Notes: generated from the letters alone by a model not told the origin. 64,000 bases of DNA from Geopsychrobacteraceae bacterium (GCA_963662315.1 OY759353.1:1152001-1216000); one strand, 5' to 3'. Positions 49,218 to 59,934 are shown, counted from the first letter of the stretch. Program-made: numbers and translations.

Positions 49218-50795
49218 ATGGCGAAACCTAACATCATTCTTACCGGGTTCATGGGAACCGGGAAAACTACGGTCGGCCGACTCATGGCTAAAAAGCTGGG
49301 CTATCAATTTGTTGATACCGACCATCTTATCGAAGATGAAATCGGCTGCAGTATTTCTGATTATTTTCGGACTCATGGCGAGGCAGCATTCCGGCAAAAA
49401 GAAACTGAAGTCGCTTTACGCCTGTCCCAAAGTGACGGATTGGTCATTTCCACCGGTGGACGCATGATGCTTGACCCCATCAATGCAGAAGCACTCAGCC
49501 GAACAGGACGAGTCTTTTGCCTGGTAGCAACACCTGAGGAAATTCTTGAAAGAGTTTCCAACGACAACAACGCCAGGCCACTGCTTCAGGGAGCAAATCC
49601 CCTTGAACATATCGTTGAATTGTTACAACAACGAGAGAAAGGTTATAAACGTTTTTCTCAATTCAAAACGTCAGCCAAAAAACCAAATGCCATAGCTAAC
49701 GAACTTTCCGAGTTTGTCCAGGGCAAACGGGACTTAAGACTTGAGATCTCAGCACCAAGCATTGATTATGAATTTATTGTTGGTAGCGGAATCCTCCCCT
49801 TTGTCAACAGTCTTGCAGAGATAGACGGCCCGGTGGCAATCATCACTGACGAATCTGTCGCACCTCTGTACGCAAAAAGCTGTGGCAAGGTGGATACCAT
49901 CATAACAGTCCCTCCTGGTCGTCAGCATAAAACGCTGGCAACAGCTCAAACCATTTATGAGCAACTTCTGGATGCTGATTTTGACCGGAGCGGAACCATC
50001 ATCGCCCTGGGCGGCACCGTCATCAGTGAACTGGCTGGTTTCATTGCCGCCACATTTATGCGCGGGGTAGACTGTGTCCAGTGCCCAACCAGCCTTTTAG
50101 CCATGGTTGATACAAGTATCGGCGGCAAAACCGGAGTTGATCTGCCCCGCGGAAAAAATGTCATAGGCGCTTTTAAGCAGCCCAAAACAGTAATAGCGGA
50201 CGTTGCGACATTACAGAGTTTATCGCCCCGCACCTTTGCCTCCGGCATGGCGGAAGTTATCAAACACAGCCTGATTGCCGACTCAGACTTATTAAGAAAA
50301 ATTGAAGCAGGAAAATGGAAACCCGCCGAGGGGGGATTCCAATCAGCATCTGAGTTGCAGGCTCTTGTCGCGCAGGCGATTCAGGTCAAGATCAATATCA
50401 TTCAGGAGGATCCCTATGAGCACGGTCGCCGTGCCCTGCTGAATTTTGGGCACACTTTTGCCAATGCTATCGAACACCTCAGCCACCACAAAGTGCGCCA
50501 CGGTGAAGCTGTCGCTATCGGCATGGTAATAGCGACTAAACTGTCGGTTGATCTGGGGCATTGTCAGCCGGACCTTCTGGCACGGGTAGAAAATGTGATG
50601 ACCTCAGCCTTATTACCGACCCGCATACCAAACCACCTGGTCGCATCAGATATTATCCTGGCGATGCGAAGCGACAAAAAGAAAAAAGCCGGAAAACTTC
50701 GCTATATTCTTATTAGGGACGTTGGCGAAACGTTTATCACCGAACAAGTAAACGAAGAGGATGTCCTTAAGGTCCTTCAGGAACTCAAAGAATGA
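49218..50795 (+). CDS. aroKB: Fused shikimate kinase / 3-dehydroquinate synthase-like protein
   Basis: GFMGTGKT, GEAAFR, RPLL; then PTSLLAMVDTSIGGKTG, KNVIGAF, AEVIK, LNFGHT, HGEAV, DKK. Confidence 0.85.
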   Translation: MAKPNIILTGFMGTGKTTVGRLMAKKLGYQFVDTDHLIEDEIGCSISDYFRTHGEAAFRQKETEVALRLSQSDGLVISTGGRMMLDPINAEALSRTGRVFCLVATPEEILERVSNDNNARPLLQGANPLEHIVELLQQREKGYKRFSQFKTSAKKPNAIANELSEFVQGKRDLRLEISAPSIDYEFIVGSGILPFVNSLAEIDGPVAIITDESVAPLYAKSCGKVDTIITVPPGRQHKTLATAQTIYEQLLDADFDRSGTIIALGGTVISELAGFIAATFMRGVDCVQCPTSLLAMVDTSIGGKTGVDLPRGKNVIGAFKQPKTVIADVATLQSLSPRTFASGMAEVIKHSLIADSDLLRKIEAGKWKPAEGGFQSASELQALVAQAIQVKINIIQEDPYEHGRRALLNFGHTFANAIEHLSHHKVRHGEAVAIGMVIATKLSVDLGHCQPDLLARVENVMTSALLPTRIPNHLVASDIILAMRSDKKKKAGKLRYILIRDVGETFITEQVNEEDVLKVLQELKE

Positions 50796-50820
50796 TCTCA
50801 GACAAACATCGACCAGAACA

Positions 50821-50852
50821 AAACGGGCCACCTGCTCGCAGATGGCCCGTTT
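50821..50852. terminator. Bidirectional terminator-like hairpin
   Basis: AAACGGGCCA...TGGCCCGTTT between convergent genes. Confidence 0.75.
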
Positions 50853-50883
50853 ACTGAAATAATCTATTTAATACTGTCAACCC

Positions 50884-51669
50884 TCAGGATTCGCCCATAA
50901 GCCTGGACATTTCACGGCTAGCTTCAAGCAACTTGCTCAGATGTCCAGGCCTCCTGTCTTCAGAGAAGCGATAGGCCGGGCCAACGATGACCAGTGCAGC
51001 TGGTACCTTATTTTCAAAGTCAAAAATAGGGGCAGCAATCGCGGCAATGCCTTCTTCGCGCTCCTGATCATTAAGACCGTAGCCATGCTCACGAATCCAT
51101 GCTAATTCACGCCTGATTTCATCCTGATCTACTTTAGTATTATCGGTAAAACGCGTCTGCTTCGTTTTGGTCAGAACTTTACTGACAAAATCAGCTTCTG
51201 CGTACGCCAGCAATACCCGCCCGGCAGCCGTCGGAGTCAATTCCATATAATCACCTTCATTGATGGAATAGACAAGACGGGACGATCCCATTTCCCGCGC
51301 CATACAAATACTCTTGGTTCCATCAACAACAAACAATGCTGTTGACTCACCAGTATCTGCAGTAAGACGCTTCATGAAAGGAGCTGCGATCGACTTTAAA
51401 GAATTACTCTTTTCGTAAACCTTCCCAAGAACCATCAGTTTTGGTCCAAGGCGATAGTTTGTGCGCGAGGTACGGACAAGATACCCAGACTTTATCAACG
51501 TCCCGCATAATCGATGCACTCTGCTTTTGTAAAGTCCAGTTTTTTCACAAAGCTGATTCAAGGATAATTCAGTTTCATTGGTATTAAAACAATCAAGAAT
51601 TTCCAATGCCTTAAGTACCGCATCAACCAATGGTACTGCAGCTGCTTTTTTATCTGCTAGTTTTGACAT
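50884..51669 (-). CDS. IclR-family transcriptional regulator
   Basis: HTH KALEIL...KSRVHRL; TAAGRVLLA, EREEGIAAIAAPI. Confidence 0.93.
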   Translation of the reverse strand: MSKLADKKAAAVPLVDAVLKALEILDCFNTNETELSLNQLCEKTGLYKSRVHRLCGTLIKSGYLVRTSRTNYRLGPKLMVLGKVYEKSNSLKSIAAPFMKRLTADTGESTALFVVDGTKSICMAREMGSSRLVYSINEGDYMELTPTAAGRVLLAYAEADFVSKVLTKTKQTRFTDNTKVDQDEIRRELAWIREHGYGLNDQEREEGIAAIAAPIFDFENKVPAALVIVGPAYRFSEDRRPGHLSKLLEASREMSRLMGES

Positions 51670-51869
51670 GTGCCCTTCCATGATGGGTTTCAATTGCCCT
51701 GGCCAATCGCTTTCAAATTAGACATCAAGAAGGCCGACAATAGCACAAAGTTCTTAATCTTCAACGAAGGAAGTACATTAAGCATAAGAAAACGAGGATT
51801 TATTACTGCTGTTTAATATAACTGTCAAAGAATCAATAACTACCAGCTCGAAGAGAGAGTGGCCTTGAA

Positions 51870-52853
51870 CTAAATTTTAACCAAAGTCTTCATTCTCGAT
51901 GGTGCTGCAAAATTGTCAAGGGCTTCCTGCAGCCCTTCAACAGGGATAATACTGGAAACCAAAGCTTCAGTATTGATGACCCCCTTGCTCAGCAGTTCAA
52001 TACTTTCCGGAATTTCTGTCGTGTAGATCATGGAGCCCTTTATGGTCAATTCCTTACGCACAATCAATACAGTAGAAACCGCATGTTCTTGTCCTGGAAG
52101 CCCAAGGACAACGATCGTAGCCCCTGGGGCAGCCAACTCAATACATTGCGCAAGGGCTGATGGTGCTCCGGTTGTTTCAAAAATAATATCGAAATTTCCC
52201 TGACATGCAGCAAGCTCAGCCTGATCACTGATAACCCTTTGAGCCCCCATCTTCTTAGCCAGCTCAAGACGTGTTTCAATCAGATCACAGTTAACAATGT
52301 TAGGTGAATACTGCAAAGCAAGCTGAAGACAAAGCTGTCCAACGACACCTGCGCCAAAAACCAGAACTTTATCACTGTTTACAATGCCAGCCTGCTTAAT
52401 TCCATGCAGACTTACCGCCAACGGTTCTGCAAATACAGCAACCTCATTGGCAAGGCCATCAGGGACAGCATAAACCTGTTTGGCAGGAACCACAGCGTAC
52501 TCAGCGAAAACACCGTTAATGTCAACACCTAATCGAATTTTTGACCGGCATATATTAGTCAACCCCTTTTTACAGACATCGCATTCACCACAGTAGTAAT
52601 TAGGATGGATAGTGACCCGCTGCCCTACCGTAAAGTTTGAGACACCAGAGCCAATAGCTTCAATGGTACCGACAGCTTCATGACCAGGAATAACCGGCAG
52701 CGGGGCAACTAGCTTACCATGATACATCGAGTTATCAGAACCGCAGATTCCACCTAACTCGACGGCAATACGAACTTGCCCTTCCAGAGGGGCTGGAACA
52801 TCAACATCAGAGATTTCAACCTTACCAACTTCTTTTATAATAGCAGCTTTCAT
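51870..52853 (-). CDS. Zn-dependent MDR dehydrogenase (sorbitol/idonate/threonine DH-like)
   Basis: GICGSD, GHE, CxxCxxC...C structural Zn, EPLA, GAGVVG. Confidence 0.9.
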   Translation of the reverse strand: MKAAIIKEVGKVEISDVDVPAPLEGQVRIAVELGGICGSDNSMYHGKLVAPLPVIPGHEAVGTIEAIGSGVSNFTVGQRVTIHPNYYCGECDVCKKGLTNICRSKIRLGVDINGVFAEYAVVPAKQVYAVPDGLANEVAVFAEPLAVSLHGIKQAGIVNSDKVLVFGAGVVGQLCLQLALQYSPNIVNCDLIETRLELAKKMGAQRVISDQAELAACQGNFDIIFETTGAPSALAQCIELAAPGATIVVLGLPGQEHAVSTVLIVRKELTIKGSMIYTTEIPESIELLSKGVINTEALVSSIIPVEGLQEALDNFAAPSRMKTLVKI

Positions 52854-52865
52854 TTACGCCTCCGA

Positions 52866-52882
52866 ATCCTATTTGATAGGCC
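52866..52882. promoter_or_regulatory. 17-bp operator copy next to dehydrogenase RBS
   Basis: ATCCTATTTGATAGGCC. Confidence 0.45.
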
Positions 52883-53072
52883 TCATTTATTGACAGATAG
52901 GTTATTATTTTCCTTGTTTAAATGCAACCGAAAATTACCCGTTTTTAAATAGTCCCCAATAGCCTGTCTTCTAAAAATGACAGCTTTCTATTACGAATTT
53001 TCATAATCCTATGATTCGCACAAAAGGATAATGCGTTCAACCACCCCTTGCTGACAAAAAATAAAAAGATGA

Positions 53073-53133
53073 TTGACAAAAATAAGCACCATGGATATTC
53101 TAGGCTCCGACACGGCGTTCTTCTCTATAGGAC
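53073..53133 (+). promoter_or_regulatory. sigma-70 promoter plus 17-bp operator for TRAP operon 1
   Basis: TTGACA-17-TATTCT, then 15 bp, then GTTCTTCTCTATAGGAC (53117-53133). Confidence 0.7.
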
Positions 53134-53351
53134 AAGCGTGATTTTAATAAAGAACATCGTTTGCATTTTTCTCGAGAGAAACAAAATCAAACTGAGAGCA
53201 GATAAGGAAATCTAAACTGGGAATTGTCCTTCAACCATTTGAGCTCTTAGGAAAAACACTTACTGGTCATGCCAGCCAACAGATCTAAAACTGTGTTTTT
53301 ACGCAGATATTGTTTCGATCAAAATCTTTACGTTTTAGGTGAGGAAAGACA

Positions 53352-53924
53352 ATGGCGAAGAAAAAACAGAATTTGATTGTACAGGCAGTGGATGCTTACT
53401 TCAGCTTACTGAAGGTTATCATTGTCTTGTGTATGGCAGCTATGCTGATACTGGTTTTTGGTAATGTATTTCTGCGTTACGCGTTCAATACCGGCATCAC
53501 TATTTCAGAAGAAGTATCTCGGTGGTTTTTTGTTTGGATGGTTTTCCTTGGTGCTCTAGTTACAATGCGTGAACATGGCCATCTTGGTGTTGATACTGTC
53601 GTTAAACGTCTGCCAATTCCAGCCCAGAAAGTCTGTTTCCTTGCAGTTCAATGCATTATGCTTTTCGCCAGCTACCTGATCCTGACCGGTGGCTATCAGC
53701 AAACAATGCTGAATGTCGGCGTTCATGCGGCTGCTTCCGGTTTGCCCAAAACTCTATTCTACGGAGTAGGAGTTATTTTCGGTGCTACAGCTATTCCAAT
53801 CATCCTTTATGACATCTACAAACTGCTTAGTGGTCGCTTAACCAACGACCAACTTATCGGAGTTGTTGACGAATCTCTTGATGAAGAAGAGCTAGAAAAA
53901 GAACTGGCTCATTTCAAGTCATAA
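53352..53924 (+). CDS. TRAP small permease (DctQ)
   Basis: 4 TMs, EEVSRWFFVWMVFLGA, HLGVD. Confidence 0.9.
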   Translation: MAKKKQNLIVQAVDAYFSLLKVIIVLCMAAMLILVFGNVFLRYAFNTGITISEEVSRWFFVWMVFLGALVTMREHGHLGVDTVVKRLPIPAQKVCFLAVQCIMLFASYLILTGGYQQTMLNVGVHAAASGLPKTLFYGVGVIFGATAIPIILYDIYKLLSGRLTNDQLIGVVDESLDEEELEKELAHFKS

Positions 53925-53948
53925 ATTTGATACACGGAGGATTTAACT

Positions 53949-55232
53949 GTGGTTATCGGAATTTTTCTCGGAACATTATTTGCTACTTTAGCTATCGGTA
54001 CACCGATTGCTTTTTCACTGTTGGCCTGCGGTATTGTCCTGATGGTCCACCTGGACTTCTTTGACGCCCAGATTGTTGCTCAGAATGTTATTCACGGAGC
54101 AGACAGCTTTCCCCTTCTTGCCGTCCCCTTCTTCCTCCTGGCTGGAGAGGTCATGAACGTTGGAGGACTTTCAAAACGTATTGTTAATGTCGCCATTACC
54201 CTGGTTGGTCACGTGCGTGGCGGCCTGGGCTTTGTTGCTATTCTCGCATCGGTTTTATTAGCTGCACTTTCCGGTTCGGCCGTAGCTGATGCGGCAGCGC
54301 TCGCTTCTTTGCTGGTCCCCATGATGGTTAAAGCTGGTCACACTAAAGAACGCTCATGTGGCCTTATTGCTTCTGGCGGCATCATTGCGCCGATCATTCC
54401 ACCCAGTATCGGCTTTATCGTTTTCGGTGTTGCCAGCGAATTGTCGATTTCCAAACTATTCATGGCCGGTATCGTTCCTGGTCTTATGATGGCAATCTTC
54501 CTGTGTATTGCATGGTGGCTGACCTGCCGTAAAGATAAAGTTGAACCGCAACCGCGCAAATCTGCCAAGGAAATTTTTAGAGCAATCTTAGACAGTTTCT
54601 GGGCGTTAATGTTACCCCTGATAATCATCTTCGGCCTTAAATTCGGTATTTTTACACCGACCGAAGCGGCTGTCGTAGTCGCGGTATATGCTCTATTTAT
54701 TGCTATATTTGTCTACAAAGAATTAAAAATCAACCAGCTTTACGGGGTCTTTGTTACTGCAGCAAAAACGACCTCTGTCGTTATCTTCCTCGTCGGTTCC
54801 GCCCTTGTTTCTTCCTGGATGATTACGGTTGGTGACGTTCCTGGCCAGGTTGTTAAAATGCTCGGTCCCTTCCTCGACAATAAATTTCTGTTGATGGCCG
54901 CCATCATGCTGCTCATTGTCGCCGTAGGAACCTGTATGGACATGACACCATCAATCCTGATTCTAACTCCGGTACTCATGCCAATTATTGTCAAAGCCGG
55001 CATCGACCCGATCTACTTTGGGGTTCTGTTCATTATCAACACATCAATTGGCCTGATTACTCCACCGGTAGGCACAGTTTTGAATGTCGTCGCCGGTGTC
55101 GGGAAAGTCAGTATGGATGACCTGATTAAAGGAATCTGGCCTTTCATACTTGCTGAACTTCTCGCCTTGATTCTGATTATTATTTTCCCAGCAATCGTTA
55201 CCGTTCCCGCGGAATGGTTTAGCGGCAAATAA
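53949..55232 (+). CDS. TRAP large permease (DctM)
   Basis: LLAVPFF, SGSAVAD, IIPPSI, TPTEA, TPPVG. Confidence 0.93.
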   Translation: MVIGIFLGTLFATLAIGTPIAFSLLACGIVLMVHLDFFDAQIVAQNVIHGADSFPLLAVPFFLLAGEVMNVGGLSKRIVNVAITLVGHVRGGLGFVAILASVLLAALSGSAVADAAALASLLVPMMVKAGHTKERSCGLIASGGIIAPIIPPSIGFIVFGVASELSISKLFMAGIVPGLMMAIFLCIAWWLTCRKDKVEPQPRKSAKEIFRAILDSFWALMLPLIIIFGLKFGIFTPTEAAVVVAVYALFIAIFVYKELKINQLYGVFVTAAKTTSVVIFLVGSALVSSWMITVGDVPGQVVKMLGPFLDNKFLLMAAIMLLIVAVGTCMDMTPSILILTPVLMPIIVKAGIDPIYFGVLFIINTSIGLITPPVGTVLNVVAGVGKVSMDDLIKGIWPFILAELLALILIIIFPAIVTVPAEWFSGK

Positions 55233-55245
55233 ACCAAAATCACAA

Positions 55246-55276
55246 ACCAGCAGGGACGACATAAAGCCCTGCTGGT
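55246..55276 (+). other. Intra-operon stem-loop between dctM and dctP
   Basis: ACCAGCAGGG...CCCTGCTGGT. Confidence 0.55.
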
Positions 55277-55405
55277 CTCATATGAGCATTGAACGCGTTG
55301 AAAGATAATGAGGTAAAGAAACGGAGGTCAACACATTCCTCGCAAACTGAAGTTGTTGCTTGCTTAGTAAACACAGTAGTTCCTAAACACAACAAGGAGA
55401 ATGCA

Positions 55406-56422
55406 ATGAAGAAAAGTATCTTGAACAAGTTGATCGTTTTCGCTGCTACCGCAGCGCTGCTGATACCAGCAGTTTCTTTTGCTGCGGATATCAGCAAGCA
55501 TACCTTTAAATTCGCCTACCAGAATTCTAAAGAGCACCCCCAAGGTCAAGGGGTTGAAAAGTTTGCTGAACTCGTCAAAGAAAAAAGTGGTGGCAAAATG
55601 ACCGTCAAAACCTACCCAAGCGGTATGCTCGGCGGCGACCTTCAGACTGTATCCGCTCTTCAGGGTGGGACTATTGACTTTACTGTTCTGAATGCCGGCC
55701 TTCTGGTTGGTCTTGTTCCTGAATTCGGCATCTTCGATTTCCCATTTATGTTTAACGATGAAAAAGAGGCTGACACCATCGTTGACGGTACCTTCGGCAA
55801 GATGATGTTTGATAAGCTACCTGCAAAAGGGTTGGTTGGTCTTGGTTACTGGGAGCTCGGATTCCGTAACATGACCAACAACGTGCGTCCAATTACTAAA
55901 CTCGAAGACTTCAGTGGTATCAAACTTCGCGTTCTGCAGTCTCCTGTATTCATTGACACTTTCAACACGCTGGGCTGCAACACGGTTCCTCTCCCCTACC
56001 CTGAGTTGTACAGCGCTCTTGAACAACATGTTGTCGACGGACAGGAAAACCCTGTCACCAATGTTCAATTTGCTAGTTTCTATGAAGTTCAGAAGTACTT
56101 TTCTTTTACCAAGCACATTTATTCTCCACAATCCAGTCTGATCTCAAAGCGTACCTGGGACAAACTGAACGACGCGGAGAAAAAAGTAATTGTTGATGCC
56201 GAGCGAGAAGCTAAAATCTACCAACGCGAGGTAAATCGCGCACAAATGGCTAAATCTCTCACCTTCGTTAAAACCAAAATGGCCGTTAACGAAATCGATC
56301 CTGCTGAAATGGATCGTATCCGTGCTGCAGCCAAGCCAGTTTACGAAAAAAATACTCCTAAAGTCGGCCAGGCCACTGTTGACGCGTTTTATGCCGAAGT
56401 TGCCAAGGTTCGCGCTAAATAA
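55406..56422 (+). CDS. TRAP substrate-binding protein (DctP), carboxylate-type
   Basis: Signal peptide, GFRN, KLRV (conserved Arg), DGQENP; AAGGAG RBS before ATG 55406. Confidence 0.93.
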   Translation: MKKSILNKLIVFAATAALLIPAVSFAADISKHTFKFAYQNSKEHPQGQGVEKFAELVKEKSGGKMTVKTYPSGMLGGDLQTVSALQGGTIDFTVLNAGLLVGLVPEFGIFDFPFMFNDEKEADTIVDGTFGKMMFDKLPAKGLVGLGYWELGFRNMTNNVRPITKLEDFSGIKLRVLQSPVFIDTFNTLGCNTVPLPYPELYSALEQHVVDGQENPVTNVQFASFYEVQKYFSFTKHIYSPQSSLISKRTWDKLNDAEKKVIVDAEREAKIYQREVNRAQMAKSLTFVKTKMAVNEIDPAEMDRIRAAAKPVYEKNTPKVGQATVDAFYAEVAKVRAK

Positions 56423-56441
56423 GAATAAGGTAATCAACTAT

Positions 56442-56480
56442 AAAAAAGCCGGTGAAAATCCAAGTTTCACCGGCTTTTTT
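56442..56480 (+). terminator. Intrinsic terminator
   Basis: AAAAAAGCCGGTGAAA...TTTCACCGGCTTTTTT. Confidence 0.88.
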
Positions 56481-56626
56481 AAGCATGATGATTTTCATAT
56501 AAAGGGCATCAACCTCACACACAATCCCCGGCTAGAACATTTCATCTGATGCCTTCCTTCCCTACCCTAAATATTTTCTTGTCAGAAAAAATACCTTGTT
56601 CACCAGCGTCAAAACATCATTTCATA

Positions 56627-56673
56627 TTGACGAGTAACAATATTTCAAGTATTAGTGTCCTAACGTAAAGGAT
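56627..56673 (+). promoter_or_regulatory. Putative promoter plus 17-bp operator for TRAP operon 2
   Basis: TTGACG-17-TATTAG followed by GTCCTAACGTAAAGGAT (56657-56673). Confidence 0.5.
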
Positions 56674-57046
56674 GTTTGTTTTTACAGGCGATATGTGTCT
56701 TTTTTTGTTTAGGTTATGGATACTTGCAGTATGATTGCAAATCATCTAGCTTTACTTTGACAAACATAACAGCTTTCGGTTATCAACTGACGTAGCATAT
56801 GGTTTATTTTTTTATATAATTGTGTTCATTTCCATTAAAGAGCCTTTGACGGAAGTAATCCAGCGGTACTTTTAGTCGCCGGAAGTGGAGAGAACCCATT
56901 TTATTAACAAAGGAGGTAAAAACCAAACACATCAGTTCTTAAATAATTATTAAGAGCCTGATAAAGGTTACATTGCTCGACCTGAATGCTATTAAAAAAC
57001 GCCAGAAGTTGATTCTTAATCCCCCCCCCCAATGAAGGAGGAACCA

Positions 57047-58039
57047 ATGAGAACATCTTTGCTACGCCATGTATTAAAAACCTCAACCATAGCAGTCGTG
57101 TTAATAGCCCTGGCCAGCACCGCTTTTTCTGCTGACAAAATCAAATTGCGTCTGGCCTCTGTAAACTCAGCAACTGACGCCCGAGCAGTCGCTCTAGATA
57201 CCGTTTTCGGCCCAGCCATTGCTGATTTCGCAACCTTTGAACCTCACTGGAACGGTACCCTTTACAAGCAGGGAACCGAACTTGAAGCAATTGCTCGCGG
57301 TAATCTTGACATGTCTATTACCTCAGCTCAGGAACTTGCTGAATTCATACCAGCCTTTACCATCTTTTCCGCTGGGTATCTGCATCGTGATGCTGCCCAC
57401 CAAGTAAAGGTTTTCAATGATCCACTAATGGATCCGTTCAAAGCTCAAGTAGAAAAAACCCTCGGTGTTAAGTTGCTTACTGTTATCTATCTGGGCCGTC
57501 GTCAATTAAATCTGCGTAGCGACAAGCACATTGAAACCCCAGAAGATCTAAAAGGGGTGAAACTCCGTATGCCTGGTACTGATGCCTGGCAATTCCTTGG
57601 TCGTGCCCTTGGCGCCAACCCAACACCAATGGCATTCACTGAAGTCTATACTGCCCTACAGACTGGCGCTATTGATGGTCAGGACAACCCACTGCCGACA
57701 GACAAAGATGCCAAATTTTATGAAGTTACCAAGCAAATTGTTCTTACCAGCCACCTTGTTGATCTGAACTACCTTGCCATCAGTAAGAAAAAATTTGACA
57801 GCATGACTCCTGAACAACAGAAGAGAGTTCAAAAAGCTGCTGACGATATGGCGGAATGGGGCCGTAACCGCCAACTCAAACTTGAAGATGAACTTGCTCA
57901 ATTCTTCAAAGATCAGGGGCTTAAAGTCTACGAGCCTAATGTTGAGGCTTTCCGTACCCGGGTTCAGAAAATGTATCTTGAATCAGAATACTCAAAAACC
58001 TGGCCCAAAGGGCTCATCGACAAAATCAACGCCCTGTAA
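57047..58039 (+). CDS. TRAP substrate-binding protein (DctP/SiaP-like), second system
   Basis: Signal peptide, GRRQL, KLRMP, DGQDNPL; AAGGAGG RBS. Confidence 0.92.
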   Translation: MRTSLLRHVLKTSTIAVVLIALASTAFSADKIKLRLASVNSATDARAVALDTVFGPAIADFATFEPHWNGTLYKQGTELEAIARGNLDMSITSAQELAEFIPAFTIFSAGYLHRDAAHQVKVFNDPLMDPFKAQVEKTLGVKLLTVIYLGRRQLNLRSDKHIETPEDLKGVKLRMPGTDAWQFLGRALGANPTPMAFTEVYTALQTGAIDGQDNPLPTDKDAKFYEVTKQIVLTSHLVDLNYLAISKKKFDSMTPEQQKRVQKAADDMAEWGRNRQLKLEDELAQFFKDQGLKVYEPNVEAFRTRVQKMYLESEYSKTWPKGLIDKINAL

Positions 58040-58079
58040 AGGTAACAGTTAAAGCCATGCAACACTGAAGTACCAGATC

Positions 58080-58108
58080 GGGTGTGATCAGAACAACTGA
58101 TCACACCC
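58080..58108 (+). other. Stem-loop after dctP (mRNA stabiliser or attenuator)
   Basis: GGGTGTGATCAG-aacaa-CTGATCACACCC. Confidence 0.6.
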
Positions 58109-58135
58109 CTCTGTTTATCGAGAGGATTTTGTTTC

Positions 58136-58639
58136 ATGCACAAAACGGGCAGATTTCTGCAAAACAGAGCAGATGACGTTGGCATAACAATGCTTGCTGT
58201 CATGTTTCTTACCTTTGTCGGCCAGATATTATGGCGCTACATCTTAAATGACCCCCTGACCTGGTCTGTTGAACTGTGCCTTATTTTATGGCTCTGGACA
58301 GTTTTCTGGGGATCTGCCTTCTGTGTCAGGGACAAAGAACACGTCCGTTTCGACATGTTATTTCTGGCCGTAAGACCAAAAATTCAACGTATTTTCGCTG
58401 GAATATCCGCCCTAGCTATTATTATTTGCATTGCCGCTTCATGGCCAGGAACCTACGATTACGTCAGTTTTCTGATGATAAAAAAGAGTGGAACCTTGCG
58501 CATCCCTCTTGCCTATGTCTTCAGTATTTATCTGATTTTTATGATTGCGCTGGTGGTTACTTATGTGACTCGGCTTATCAAGATTTTTAAAGGTACGCTA
58601 CAAACAGAGAATGATGAACGTGGAGGTCTAGAAGAATGA
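58136..58639 (+). CDS. TRAP small permease (DctQ)
   Basis: 4 TMs, WSVEL, HVRFD. Confidence 0.9.
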   Translation: MHKTGRFLQNRADDVGITMLAVMFLTFVGQILWRYILNDPLTWSVELCLILWLWTVFWGSAFCVRDKEHVRFDMLFLAVRPKIQRIFAGISALAIIICIAASWPGTYDYVSFLMIKKSGTLRIPLAYVFSIYLIFMIALVVTYVTRLIKIFKGTLQTENDERGGLEE

Positions 58640-59931
58640 CCCTGGCATTTGCAATCAGCTTAGTCGCATTGTTCGGACTTGCAGCAATCGGAACACCGGT
58701 CGGATACTCCATTATTTGTGGTTCAATTGTTTATCTCGCAGCTTCGAGTCAAGACCTCGGAATTGCCGGCGAACAGATTATTAATGGTCTGTTTCAAAGC
58801 TTTGTTCTGTTGGCCGTTCCCTTGTTTATTGTCGCCGCTAACATCATGAACGCAGGCTCTATCAGTGAGCGACTACTTGATTTTTGTATTGCCGCCGTTG
58901 GCCGCTTCAAAGGAGGGCTTGGGCACGTCAACGTTGTTGCCAGCCTGATTTTTTCAGGGATGTCAGGGTCGGCAGTCGCAGATGCTGCAGGAATCGGTAA
59001 AATCATTATCGACATGATGACCAAAGGGGGACGTTATCCTGGAGGCTATGCGGCAGCAATCACCGCTGCCTCAGCGACCATCGGTCCGGTTATCCCCCCA
59101 TCCATTCCTATGGTTCTTTACGCCCTGGTTTCAGACGCTTCGATTGGCTATCTGTTTCTTGCCGGAATTATCCCCGGCCTGTTGATGGGAGTGGTTCTGA
59201 TGATCATGAATGCGATTATCTCTTACAAACGTGGGTTCGGTAGTGATAAGATCGTACCGTTACGCGAACTTCCGAAGATAACAGCAACAGCATTTCCAGC
59301 GTTAATGATGCCGGTGATTCTGCTGTGGGGTATATATGGCGGGGCCACAACACCCACAGAGGCGGCAGCAGTGGCTGCTGCGTACGCGTTCATTTTGGCC
59401 GCGATTTTCTATCGGGCACTTAATCTGAAAAATATCAGGGACATTCTACTCAGCAGTCTGAAATCATCATCATCCGTCGGATTGGTTATCGGCGGTGCAC
59501 TGATTCTTAATTATGTAGTTGCTACAGAAAATATTCCTAATCGCCTTGCCGGGTTGATGGATGGGATGAATGTTTCCCCACTGTTGTTCCTACTGTGTAT
59601 CAACATTCTGCTGCTGGCACTGGGCTGTATTCTTGATGCGACCACCATCATTCTTGTTATCATCCCACTTTTTATTCAATCATGCCGTGCACTGGGAATT
59701 GACCTTATCCATTTCGGTATAATTGTGGTTGTCAACTGTATGATTGGCCTGATTACTCCGCCATACGGCATCTTGCTTTTTGTTATCAATGGTGTCACAG
59801 GTATCAAGTTAATCGATATGATCAAAGAGCTGTGGCCATTCCTGATTGCTTTGCTCGTTGCTCTGGCAATCCTTACTCTCATGCCAGACTTGGTGCTTTG
59901 GTTACCACGTTACTTCGGCTATGCAGGATAA
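58636..59931 (+). CDS. TRAP large permease (DctM)
   Basis: LLAVPLF, SGSAVAD, IPPSIP, TPTEA, TPPYG. Confidence 0.93.
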   Translation: MTLAFAISLVALFGLAAIGTPVGYSIICGSIVYLAASSQDLGIAGEQIINGLFQSFVLLAVPLFIVAANIMNAGSISERLLDFCIAAVGRFKGGLGHVNVVASLIFSGMSGSAVADAAGIGKIIIDMMTKGGRYPGGYAAAITAASATIGPVIPPSIPMVLYALVSDASIGYLFLAGIIPGLLMGVVLMIMNAIISYKRGFGSDKIVPLRELPKITATAFPALMMPVILLWGIYGGATTPTEAAAVAAAYAFILAAIFYRALNLKNIRDILLSSLKSSSSVGLVIGGALILNYVVATENIPNRLAGLMDGMNVSPLLFLLCINILLLALGCILDATTIILVIIPLFIQSCRALGIDLIHFGIIVVVNCMIGLITPPYGILLFVINGVTGIKLIDMIKELWPFLIALLVALAILTLMPDLVLWLPRYFGYAG

Positions 59932-59934
59932 TTT

